A DNA stretch of 64,000 nucleotides. Source: an uncultured Pelagibacteraceae bacterium (GTDB lineage Bacteria; Pseudomonadota; Alphaproteobacteria; Pelagibacterales; Pelagibacteraceae). How positions within the stretch are numbered: the first letter of the stretch is position 1; each line of letters begins with the position of its first letter. Of this stretch, positions 34,346 through 42,780 are shown one piece after another. The DNA lies in assembly GCA_902606115.1 (NCBI GenBank), contig CACLFM010000006.1, forward strand, positions 453-64,452, written 5' to 3'. The notes under the pieces are model-generated. The model did no database searches. It had not been told where the DNA came from and was given only the letters and a program-made list of their open reading frames with translations. A program made the position numbers and the translations under genes.

Positions 34346-35230
34346 GTGAAAAAAATTCTTACAATTTTTATAACCTTGTTTTTCGCTACTGAGGTATACG
34401 CAGATAGCTTAAATAATGTAATAAATAAAGTTTATGACAAAGGCTCAGAAAAAGCAGAGACATATTTACAAAATGTATTAAATGGACCTGGAGAGACCGA
34501 AGTATCTATATCGACAAAAAATGAAAATAAGCCAACTGGCACAATAATGATTGTTCGACCATATTCAATAAACGAAAAAGATTTAACATTTTACCAAGCT
34601 CAGTTTAATAGTCATCACGTTTTAGGTGACACAAGACAATCACTTAATTATGGAGTGGGCAAGAGATTTTTATCTGGTGATGAAAGTTATTTTTGGGGGA
34701 TAAATAGTTTTATAGATTTAGATAAAGAATTTAATAGCAGGATAAGTTTAGGCTCGGAATTGAAAGCTTCAAATTTTAATGTTTCTGGAAACTATTATTT
34801 AGATGCAATGGGTGGCTCACAAGATGTCGGATCTGATACAGAGAGAGTTTTAGATGGATACGATATTGAAATTGAAGGTCAACTTCCATACGCACCTTGG
34901 GCCAATGTTTCTTATAACTCTTATTCATGGGAAGCCATAAAAGCCTCTAGTGACTCTGAGGGAGATATTTATTCAACAACAATTAATCTTTCAAATGATT
35001 TAACACTTAAAGCTGGCTATGACGATAATAACATAAGCGATAGTATGGATTTTATAAAGCTAACTTACAAATTTAGTGGAAAAGATAGACCGATTATTTC
35101 TGATGGTTTTTCAACCACTGCATTTGAGAATTCTGATGTAAGAGAAGAAATGTTAACCAAAGTAAAGCGAAGCAATATAATTACTCTTGAAGTTGAAAGC
35201 ACCGGAGTTGTAATCACAAATGGCAATTAA
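34346..35230 (+). CDS. Inverse autotransporter (intimin/invasin-like) beta-barrel protein lacking a passenger domain
   Basis: Signal peptide. N.G.G.R, WG.NSF.D, R.SLG.E, N.Y, ERVLDGYDIE.EGQLPY.PW motifs. The barrel-exit linker V.R.N.I.LE sits only about 12 aa before the stop. Confidence 0.85.
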   Translation: MKKILTIFITLFFATEVYADSLNNVINKVYDKGSEKAETYLQNVLNGPGETEVSISTKNENKPTGTIMIVRPYSINEKDLTFYQAQFNSHHVLGDTRQSLNYGVGKRFLSGDESYFWGINSFIDLDKEFNSRISLGSELKASNFNVSGNYYLDAMGGSQDVGSDTERVLDGYDIEIEGQLPYAPWANVSYNSYSWEAIKASSDSEGDIYSTTINLSNDLTLKAGYDDNNISDSMDFIKLTYKFSGKDRPIISDGFSTTAFENSDVREEMLTKVKRSNIITLEVESTGVVITNGN

Positions 35231-35234
35231 TATT

Positions 35235-35921
35235 ATGAAAAAATTTTTTTTTATTTTTGTATTTTCATTATTTTTTTTTGAAAAAAGTTCAGCAGCAACT
35301 GGTGAGGGCCAACCTACACAGTATCAAGTTACCATGAAAAAAGTTGAGTTATGTACTGATCTAGCATGCACCTCCCCTTACGTATTAGGAGAAAAAGATA
35401 TGGAGGCAGATATTGTACCAACAGAGGGAGGCACTAATGTTGGAAATTATGCCCCAACTACTGGAATACCTCCAGGAAAAGTTTTTACTCATTTAAGAGT
35501 TACAATCAGCAGAACATTTACAGTTACTGCAAATATTTCTACCAGCGGAGCAAGTTGTAAAACGGATGGTGGAAATAACGCAACAGCGACGCAAATGACA
35601 CTCGGTTTAAAAAATGGACTTGCAGACGCTGTCCCAGAAACAATGTTTTTAAATGATGAAGGAGAATATAATCCAGCTAATGGAACAAAAGCTGGTGGAG
35701 GAGCATTGGATGTTGATTATTCTGATCCGAGCTCAGCAAAAGCAATGACAGTTTCAGGAGATACTGCAGTTATGACTTACGAGCTTGTTTCACCGTATCA
35801 AAAAACATTAAGAGCTCCAATTATTAAAGTAAAGTTTAATACAGCAACAGCTATTGGTGTCGATGACACTGCTTGCGCAATGTTTATAAATGAACCCACT
35901 GTAACGATAGCACTAGACTAA
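35235..35921 (+). CDS. Secreted beta-rich hypothetical protein (4 Cys)
   Basis: Sec signal MKKFFFIFVFSLFFFEKSSA|; Thr/Gly/Ala-rich beta-strand patterns; starts 4 nt after the barrel gene. Confidence 0.8.
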   Translation: MKKFFFIFVFSLFFFEKSSAATGEGQPTQYQVTMKKVELCTDLACTSPYVLGEKDMEADIVPTEGGTNVGNYAPTTGIPPGKVFTHLRVTISRTFTVTANISTSGASCKTDGGNNATATQMTLGLKNGLADAVPETMFLNDEGEYNPANGTKAGGGALDVDYSDPSSAKAMTVSGDTAVMTYELVSPYQKTLRAPIIKVKFNTATAIGVDDTACAMFINEPTVTIALD

Positions 35922-35935
35922 CTTATTTTTCATTA

Positions 35936-36277
35936 ATGATCCTAAAGTTTGCTAGCTTTCTAATAGGAATAATCTGGTCTTATTCAATAATAAAAACTCA
36001 ATCTGTATTTAGTAAAAAAGCAGGATTTATATTTAAAATATTTATAACAAAAGTATCCTGGTTCACCTTAATAGCAGCAATTTATTTTGGTTATAAAAAC
36101 TTCTCAATTAAGACTACACTAATTGGACTAGTTATTGGTGTTTTAATAGTAAATTTAATTTTTTTTTTATTTAAAAAAATCTTAGTTACAAAATTTAGCG
36201 AAAAGCAATTAACAATTTTTAAAAGTTTTTTTGAGTATACACTTATATTCTGGGTGATTTATTATATTTTCTTTTAA
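35936..36277 (+). CDS. Small hypothetical membrane protein (3-4 TM)
   Basis: 113-aa hydrophobic ORF, co-oriented, 14 nt downstream. Confidence 0.7.
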   Translation: MILKFASFLIGIIWSYSIIKTQSVFSKKAGFIFKIFITKVSWFTLIAAIYFGYKNFSIKTTLIGLVIGVLIVNLIFFLFKKILVTKFSEKQLTIFKSFFEYTLIFWVIYYIFF

Positions 36278-36287
36278 ACAAATATAA

Positions 36288-36629
36288 TTATCTATAAATA
36301 CTCATTGGATCATAAATACAATCTTCTTTGTCTTGTGTCTGAAAAAAAATTGAGTGAAGTTCAGAACTATGTAGCTCTTGACAAATTCTTTTATTATTTG
36401 CTTCATTAGATTGATTTTGTTTAATTGTTTTGAATAAATAAGATCTTCCATATGAGTTAGTTGCTTGTAGAACACTTCCTGTTTCAACCAATGTGTAACT
36501 TGGTCCAACCATTGCAGAATATTGACCACAGTTTGTTAAAGATAGTAAACTTAGCAAGGTTAATCCAACTTTTGAAAGTTTGAATTTTTTAAATATAATA
36601 AGTAATTCATTCGATTTTATTTTAAACAT
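36288..36629 (-). CDS. Hypothetical lipoprotein
   Basis: Lipobox-like LSLTNC followed by GQYSAMVGP..T....GS; overlaps the grxC stop; start uncertain. Confidence 0.6.
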   Translation of the reverse strand: MFKIKSNELLIIFKKFKLSKVGLTLLSLLSLTNCGQYSAMVGPSYTLVETGSVLQATNSYGRSYLFKTIKQNQSNEANNKRICQELHSSELHSIFFQTQDKEDCIYDPMSIYR

Positions 36630-36871
36630 TCTAATAGTTTTTTTTCTTTTTCTAATTCCCTTAATTCAGTATATCCACCTATGTGCTCATCGTCAAAAAA
36701 AATTTGTGGTATAGTTCTTTTGCCATTTGATTTGCTTATCATCTGATCTAAAATTTCTGGTCCAGTTGAAATATCAACCTCACTAAATTCTAAATTATTT
36801 CTTTTAAGTAGTCTTTTAGCAGCGTCACAATAATTACATACAGGGCCTGTATATATGAAAATTTTTTTCAT
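36617..36871 (-). CDS. grxC: Glutaredoxin 3
   Basis: CNYC active site, TIPQIF, IGGY. Confidence 0.92.
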   Translation of the reverse strand: MKKIFIYTGPVCNYCDAAKRLLKRNNLEFSEVDISTGPEILDQMISKSNGKRTIPQIFFDDEHIGGYTELRELEKEKKLLECLK

Positions 36872-36874
36872 ATT

Positions 36875-37168
36875 TTATATATAGTCATTTTTATTAATTT
36901 TTCTTCTAATTTCTTTTCTGGTTTCCTCAAATTTTTTTCTATGTTTTATACTTTGTCCTTTTGCTCTTTTTCTCCAGAGTTTAAAAGAAGAAAGTTTCAA
37001 CGATTTTCTCATTATTTCTATAACTTCTCCCTCAGATAACCCTGTTCTAGATTTGATGTCCTCAAAGGTTATACGGTCTGCCCAAGCAGCCCAAATAACC
37101 CAGTCCTTTGTGCCCGCTTTGGGCTCTGGATTTTTAACTTTAGTGATAGGTCTGCGACTTTTTTTCAT
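36875..37168 (-). CDS. TIGR03643/DUF2805 family protein
   Basis: AW.DR.TFE.I...GL.E.EVI..MR..LK.SSF.LWRKR pattern. Confidence 0.85.
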   Translation of the reverse strand: MKKSRRPITKVKNPEPKAGTKDWVIWAAWADRITFEDIKSRTGLSEGEVIEIMRKSLKLSSFKLWRKRAKGQSIKHRKKFEETRKEIRRKINKNDYI

Positions 37169-37231
37169 AAATTTTGAATAAATATTAAAAAAATCAATAA
37201 TGCAATTTATACTAGCTGTGCTATATTACAT

Positions 37232-37286
37232 CAGATAGTCCTATCTAGCCATCTTTAGCTCCCGGTTTCTTAGGACTATCCTCTCA
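37232..37286 (+). ncRNA. Structured 5' UTR / candidate cis-regulatory RNA (probably the SAR11 'rhtB'-associated motif)
   Basis: Perfect 10-bp stem GATAGTCCTA (37234-43) / TAGGACTATC (37271-80) enclosing a 27-nt, locally GC-richer loop. It sits between an extended -10 (TGCTATATT) and the LysE/RhtB ATG. Confidence 0.65.
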
Positions 37287-37901
37287 ATGCTTCCAACAAA
37301 TTATTTTCTTTTTTTACAGATTATACTTTTTTTATTTATTACTCCCGGCACGCCAAGAATAGTAATTATTTCTCATTCAATTAATCATGGCATTAGAAAT
37401 TGCTTATGGGTTGCTTTTGGTGATATCACTGCAAATTTAATACAAGCTACATTAGTTATTTTTTTTATTGGATCCTTTATTGTTAATAACGGAGACTTCC
37501 TAAATATTTTAAAATGGTTTGGTATCGCATACTTGTTCTATTTATCTTATGACATTTACAACACTAGACCAAAAAACTTTAGCAGAGGTTTAAAAAAATC
37601 TAAAACTTTGTTATCTTTTTTTAAAGATGGGTTTATTGTTGCAGGCACTAGCCCTAAAGCCTGGATATTCTTTCCGTTAATTTTTCCACAGTTTATAAAT
37701 TTTAATGAAAATTATATTTCTCAATTTATAATTTTAATTATTACTTATATGATACTGGATTTTCTTTCATTGATTGGCTACGCAATACTTGCCAAAAAAA
37801 TTTTAAGTTGGATTAATGCAAATCCAAGAGTAATAAACACAATTTCAGCGTGTGTGTTAATATTGATTGCAATTTTTATTGGATTTACACAAAATTATTA
37901 G
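37287..37901 (+). CDS. LysE/RhtB family amino acid translocator
   Basis: ITPG.P, G..YL.YL, GF.V..(T/S)PKA..FF..IFPQF motifs; about 6 TM. Confidence 0.9.
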   Translation: MLPTNYFLFLQIILFLFITPGTPRIVIISHSINHGIRNCLWVAFGDITANLIQATLVIFFIGSFIVNNGDFLNILKWFGIAYLFYLSYDIYNTRPKNFSRGLKKSKTLLSFFKDGFIVAGTSPKAWIFFPLIFPQFINFNENYISQFIILIITYMILDFLSLIGYAILAKKILSWINANPRVINTISACVLILIAIFIGFTQNY

Positions 37902-37919
37902 CAACTATATTAACTTATT

Positions 37920-38696
37920 ATGAAATTAGGATTTATAGGAGCTGGTCAAATTACCAAAGCAGTTATAATCGGAATTCTTAATTCAAAATTAAGAGTGTCA
38001 AAAATATTTATTTCGGAAAGAAATAAAAAAATTTCCAAATTTTTAAAATTAAAAAATAAAAAAATTAAAGTGAAAAAAGATAACCAGGAAATTATCAATA
38101 GATCAGATTGGATTTTTCTAGCGGTAACACCTGACGTAGGAAATATTATTTTAAAGAAACTTAAATTTTCAAAAAAAAAGTTAATTATAAGTTTTATTTC
38201 AACAATAAATATGACTAAACTAAAAAAAATAACTGGTTTAAAAAAAAATATTGTAAGAGCAATACCGTTGCCACCAATTGCCTTATGTAAAGGACCTGTT
38301 CCAATATATCCATCAAATAAAAAAGTTAAGAATTTTTTTAATAAATTAGGATCTACTGTTGAAATTAATAACGAGAAGCTATCATTAAATTTTTGGACAA
38401 CCTCAGCAATGATGGCACCCTTTTATGAATTATTACTTTCCCTCTCTAACTGGTTAGTAAAAAAAGGGATAAAAAAAAATAGTGCTCAAAAATATATTTC
38501 TTCTTTATTTCTTGCTCTATCAGAAGATGCATTTAATCATAAAACAAATCTGAAAAAACTTGTAAAAAACTCCCAGACACCAGGTGGTTTAAATGAACAG
38601 GCCGTCAAAGACTTAAGAAAAGCAGGTTTTTATAATTTACTGGAAAAAACTTCAAATAAAATCATGAAAAGGTTAAATAAGTCACAATCAAACTAA
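37920..38696 (+). CDS. proC: Pyrroline-5-carboxylate reductase family protein
   Basis: LGFIGAG NAD(P)-binding, LAV.P, TPGGLNEQ. Confidence 0.85.
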   Translation: MKLGFIGAGQITKAVIIGILNSKLRVSKIFISERNKKISKFLKLKNKKIKVKKDNQEIINRSDWIFLAVTPDVGNIILKKLKFSKKKLIISFISTINMTKLKKITGLKKNIVRAIPLPPIALCKGPVPIYPSNKKVKNFFNKLGSTVEINNEKLSLNFWTTSAMMAPFYELLLSLSNWLVKKGIKKNSAQKYISSLFLALSEDAFNHKTNLKKLVKNSQTPGGLNEQAVKDLRKAGFYNLLEKTSNKIMKRLNKSQSN

Positions 38697-38726
38697 TAAA
38701 ATATAGATTATAAATTCATTAATTTT

Positions 38727-39359
38727 ATGAACAAAACACCTTTAAAACGAAAAATAAAAGTTACATTTAAAAGAAAAAGTAAGATTATTAAAAGAACCAT
38801 TACCAAAAAAAAGGAGCTTATATCTAAAAAATTTAATAGCTCTATTAAAGTTAAAAAAGTTGATCTAGGGAAATCTGTAAAAAGTTTCTTTGATTGGATT
38901 AAAGGAGCAGAGATAGTTGAGTTATCAGAATGTAATACAATTGAAGATCCAGTAAGACCAGAATTAGATAACGAATTTAGAACAAGCTATGGAAGAAAAA
39001 TTTATGGTGTAAAATATAAAAATGACATTTATGCGGTAATGTGTTTTGCCTTCACTGACAGTGTCCCCAAATCTGTTGAAGAACTTGATATGATGAGCAG
39101 AGATGCATATTTGCAAAGTATAAATAGAGATTTTAAAGTTGGCAAAATTGCAATTGCTTATACCGTTTGGTCAAAAAAAAAAGGTGGTGGAAGGCTAATA
39201 GTCAAAGAAGTATTTAAAAAAATTAAAAAAACAAATCATCTAAATAGATTGGTTACACTTTCACCTCTCACTGACATGGCAAGAAAATTTCATTTAAGCA
39301 ATGGAGCAATTGAAATCAGCGTAAATGAAACTTCACAAAATTTTGAGTATAAAATGTGA
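38727..39359 (+). CDS. Hypothetical protein, GNAT/malonyl-CoA-decarboxylase-like fold, with basic N-terminal extension
   Basis: EDPVRP, AIAYTVWS..KGGGRLI, VTLSP.T.MA.KFHL.NGA motifs. Confidence 0.6.
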   Translation: MNKTPLKRKIKVTFKRKSKIIKRTITKKKELISKKFNSSIKVKKVDLGKSVKSFFDWIKGAEIVELSECNTIEDPVRPELDNEFRTSYGRKIYGVKYKNDIYAVMCFAFTDSVPKSVEELDMMSRDAYLQSINRDFKVGKIAIAYTVWSKKKGGGRLIVKEVFKKIKKTNHLNRLVTLSPLTDMARKFHLSNGAIEISVNETSQNFEYKM

Positions 39360-40052
39360 TTATTGGTATTTGTTATTTAAATAGTAATCAAAGAAATTTG
39401 ATAAAAGATTATCTATTTTATAAAAATTTGTTACTAGAAATGGTCTTCTAGCATGTACTCTATCATTTACCCAGTACTTTGACCATTCAGTAGTTGTTTC
39501 TACACACTGTTTTGGAAATTCATTAATTTTATATCTCTCCTTAATCTGAAAACAACCACCTATAAATAAATCAACATAGGATTGAACAATTGGATGACTA
39601 TTACTTGGTTTCTTTATTTTTTCAGGATTAGCTGCATAAACCCAAAAGTTTTTATTTTTAGTTTTAATATTTTTTCCATAGAAACTTAAGTCTTTACCTT
39701 CAACTTTTACTCTACAATAGCCACTCTCTCTTCTATCAGTCTTATTCAAGTCCTTCATCGAAACGGGGTAATAAACTGCATTAACAGTTGAGTTTTCTTT
39801 TTTAATGATTGTTAAGAAAGTAATTTTGTACATTCCTCCATGAAGGCCCCAAGTTCTTTCAAAACCTTTAATTAAAATAGGCTTTACTACAAAAGCTGAT
39901 TTATTTGTTCTAATTCTCGACTCTTTATCCATTAAGGATCCATAACCGATAATATAATTTTTACTCCCTCGCTCTGGATTTAAATTACATTCTTGACTTT
40001 GTACTAATTGTGTTAAAAAAATTGATACTGTAATTATTAACAACTTTTTCAT
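39360..40052 (-). CDS. Secreted gamma-glutamylcyclotransferase (GGCT/AIG2/ChaC-like) family protein
   Basis: Signal peptide, YIIGYGSLM, D.RE.GY motifs. Confidence 0.75.
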   Translation of the reverse strand: MKKLLIITVSIFLTQLVQSQECNLNPERGSKNYIIGYGSLMDKESRIRTNKSAFVVKPILIKGFERTWGLHGGMYKITFLTIIKKENSTVNAVYYPVSMKDLNKTDRRESGYCRVKVEGKDLSFYGKNIKTKNKNFWVYAANPEKIKKPSNSHPIVQSYVDLFIGGCFQIKERYKINEFPKQCVETTTEWSKYWVNDRVHARRPFLVTNFYKIDNLLSNFFDYYLNNKYQ

Positions 40053-40099
40053 ATTTAATTAATTATGATTATAGGATGTTTAAGAGGCCATTTAAATAC

Positions 40100-40726
40100 T
40101 TAAAAATATTTTTTAAATTCCTCAGCTACTTTCAAAATTTCTAAGTCTACCAACCCACCAATAACAAGTTGAATTGCAACAATTAGAATAAATCCCAACC
40201 CAACATAAGCAATCCATAAGTGTTTTTGAATATAGTTTGCAAGATATGTTGCTAAAGCACCAGTTAGAATTACTGATAAAATTAAACCAAAAATCATAAA
40301 ACCAAAATATCCCTTTGAAGCACCTACGACACCAATCACATTATCAAAACTGATTGTTATATCTGCAAACAATACTTTATAAACACTTTGTATATAAGAT
40401 GGTTCTTTTGAAACTTTTGTTGGTGATTTTACTTTCTTAATTTCAAACAAATCTTTTCGTAAATCATATACTATCCAAATTAGGAGTAGCCCACCTAAAA
40501 TTTTGATAAAATAAAATTTGAATAAATACGTCGCAAAAATTGCAAAAATAACTTTGAATACAAGTGCCCCTGCAACTCCCCAAAGTATAATTTGCCTCCT
40601 ATGTTTTGGAACAAAATTAGCAGCAATTAATCCAATTATTATTGCATTATCTGCAGCCAAAATAATATCGATAAATATTATTTGTAGAAGTATTAAAGAT
40701 TGTTCAATAAATAGCGATTGTTCCAT
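40100..40726 (-). CDS. TerC family integral membrane protein (YjbE-like)
   Basis: IDIILAADNA and ADITISFDNV motifs. Confidence 0.9.
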   Translation of the reverse strand: MEQSLFIEQSLILLQIIFIDIILAADNAIIIGLIAANFVPKHRRQIILWGVAGALVFKVIFAIFATYLFKFYFIKILGGLLLIWIVYDLRKDLFEIKKVKSPTKVSKEPSYIQSVYKVLFADITISFDNVIGVVGASKGYFGFMIFGLILSVILTGALATYLANYIQKHLWIAYVGLGFILIVAIQLVIGGLVDLEILKVAEEFKKYF

Positions 40727-40787
40727 TTAAATTTTAAGATAATAATTTAATATTTAGATTTTTCAATTAATTGATTAAAAGTATTAA

Positions 40788-41297
40788 CTAATATTTTGAC
40801 TGTTTAGTACCCTCAATTACTTGTTTAAGCTCGTTATACTCTTTACAATTACAATCTTCTAAAACAGCCAACCTTTTTTTTGCTTCATCCATTCTATTAG
40901 TCGCAACAAAAAGTTCTCCCATATATTCATTGATACCAACATGTTTTGGATCTATTTCTAATCCCATGGCATAATATATTTCAGCATTATCATAGTCACC
41001 AATTTTTCTATGTGAAAATCCTAAAAGATTTAAAGTATCAGGATCGCCTGGATTTTTTGAGTTTGCTTCAAGAAGACTTTTTATAGCTTTTTCATAAGCA
41101 CTTTTGGCTTTTATTTGTTTATTTTTTTTTTCAAATTTTTTTGCTTTAGAGACCCATTTTTTTCCTGCTTTAAATTTTGTAGATGGCTTAACTCCTGTAC
41201 TTACTGTAGTTTTCTCTTTGTCAGTAGGAGCAGGTCCTGCAGCAAATACTTGTGAACTATAAAAAATAATAAAAATTATTAAAAATATTTTTTTCAT
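40788..41297 (-). CDS. Periplasmic tetratricopeptide repeat protein
   Basis: Signal peptide, NLLGFSHRK.G, P.H.G..EY.GEL, C.C motif. Confidence 0.85.
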   Translation of the reverse strand: MKKIFLIIFIIFYSSQVFAAGPAPTDKEKTTVSTGVKPSTKFKAGKKWVSKAKKFEKKNKQIKAKSAYEKAIKSLLEANSKNPGDPDTLNLLGFSHRKIGDYDNAEIYYAMGLEIDPKHVGINEYMGELFVATNRMDEAKKRLAVLEDCNCKEYNELKQVIEGTKQSKY

Positions 41298-41298
41298 T

Positions 41299-42075
41299 TT
41301 ATTTATTAAACTTTTTTAAATTATTTAGTGGTTTAAGACATATATTATTATCTTCAAGTACTTTTTTGACCTCTCTAGCAGTTTCTAAAGATCCTGTATT
41401 ATCACCATGTATGCACACAGAATCAATTTCGCATTTAATTTTCTTTCCAGAAATACAATTCAAAGATTGGTTTTCAACCATATTTAGAACATGTTTTTTA
41501 CATTTTTCAGGATCAGTTATAATAGCATTTGTCTTACTTCTTGAAACCAGATTCCCATTATCTTCATAATTTCTGTCTGCAAATATTTCACATGCTATTT
41601 TCAAATCAAATTTTCTAGCAGCTTCTTCCATCTTCGAGCCTGTTGGTACTAAATAAATTAAATTCTTATCGATATCAAAAATTGTTTTTGCTAATATTTT
41701 AGATAAATTTAGGTCCTCACATGCCATATTATTTAAAGCTCCGTGAGGTTTAATATGTGTAACTTTTGTACCAAGTTTATCTGCAATATCCTCTAATATT
41801 TCATATTGGTCGACTATAAGTTTTTTTATTTCATCTTCAGGTAAATTATGCCTTTTTCTTCCAAAGTTTTCGCGATCATTAAATGAGGGATGCGCACCTA
41901 TACTAACATTATTTTTTTTTGAAATTTTAATTGTATTTTTCATTGTTTCTTTATCACCTGCATGAAAACCGCAAGCAATACTAGCTGAATTAATAATCTT
42001 AAGTAAATCTGGATCATGCTTATTAGAGTGAAGTTCAGATTTTTCACCTAGATCACAATTAATATTAATTTCCAT
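41299..42075 (-). CDS. pxpA: 5-oxoprolinase subunit A (LamB/YcsF)
   Basis: NCDLGE, ACGFHAGD, GAHPS..DR..FGR, HIKPHGALNN, FADR.Y, CIHGD. Confidence 0.93.
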   Translation of the reverse strand: MEININCDLGEKSELHSNKHDPDLLKIINSASIACGFHAGDKETMKNTIKISKKNNVSIGAHPSFNDRENFGRKRHNLPEDEIKKLIVDQYEILEDIADKLGTKVTHIKPHGALNNMACEDLNLSKILAKTIFDIDKNLIYLVPTGSKMEEAARKFDLKIACEIFADRNYEDNGNLVSRSKTNAIITDPEKCKKHVLNMVENQSLNCISGKKIKCEIDSVCIHGDNTGSLETAREVKKVLEDNNICLKPLNNLKKFNK

Positions 42076-42102
42076 AAAATATTTGATGAAGTATAACATT
42101 CT

Positions 42103-42780
42103 ATGATTAAAAATATAGCCAATCTTGGTGACGCAGCAATTTATTGTGATTTTGGAAGCGAAGTTAACAAGGAAATAAATTCAAAAGTCATAAAATATTT
42201 TGTGGCTTTAAGAAATAAAAATTTGAAAGGAATAACAAACTTATCTCCTTCGTATAATAAACTAGTTATTACTTTTGACATTAACGAAACTTCTTATGAA
42301 AATTTAAAACAAGAAATATTACATTTAGATATTGATAATAAAATAGATAATGATTTTAAAAAAGTAAGGATACCAACGTGCTTTGATGACGATTTTTCAT
42401 TAGATATTAATAGGCTAGAAAATAAATTAAAAAAATCTAAAAGGGAAATAATTAATTTATTTTTAAAAAGAAAATATTTTTGTTATATGACAGGTTTTAT
42501 TGCAGGTATGCCATTTCTAGGAGATACTGATAGTAAAATTCAATTAGAAAGATTAGAAACTCCAAGAGTAAAAGTTCCAAAGGGGTCAGTGGGTTTAACA
42601 GAGCAATTTTGTAATATATACACATTTGAAAGTCCAGGTGGTTGGAACATAATCGGAAATACTCCAATAACTATTTTTAATACAACTACTCAGAGTACAC
42701 CAAACCTAATCAGCCCTGGTAATGAAGTTATTTTTTACGAAATTACAAAAAAAGAATATATAAAAATTTATGAAAAATGA
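42103..42780 (+). CDS. pxpB: 5-oxoprolinase subunit B (allophanate hydrolase 1-like)
   Basis: GD.A, GF..G.PFLG, PR..VP.GSVG, SPGGWNIIG.TP. Confidence 0.92.
   Translation: MIKNIANLGDAAIYCDFGSEVNKEINSKVIKYFVALRNKNLKGITNLSPSYNKLVITFDINETSYENLKQEILHLDIDNKIDNDFKKVRIPTCFDDDFSLDINRLENKLKKSKREIINLFLKRKYFCYMTGFIAGMPFLGDTDSKIQLERLETPRVKVPKGSVGLTEQFCNIYTFESPGGWNIIGNTPITIFNTTTQSTPNLISPGNEVIFYEITKKEYIKIYEK

Noticed and set aside
35162-35240. Barrel and downstream secreted protein being one frameshifted invasin
   Set aside because: The downstream gene has its own typical signal peptide and start codon right after a clean stop, which a mid-protein frameshift would not produce.
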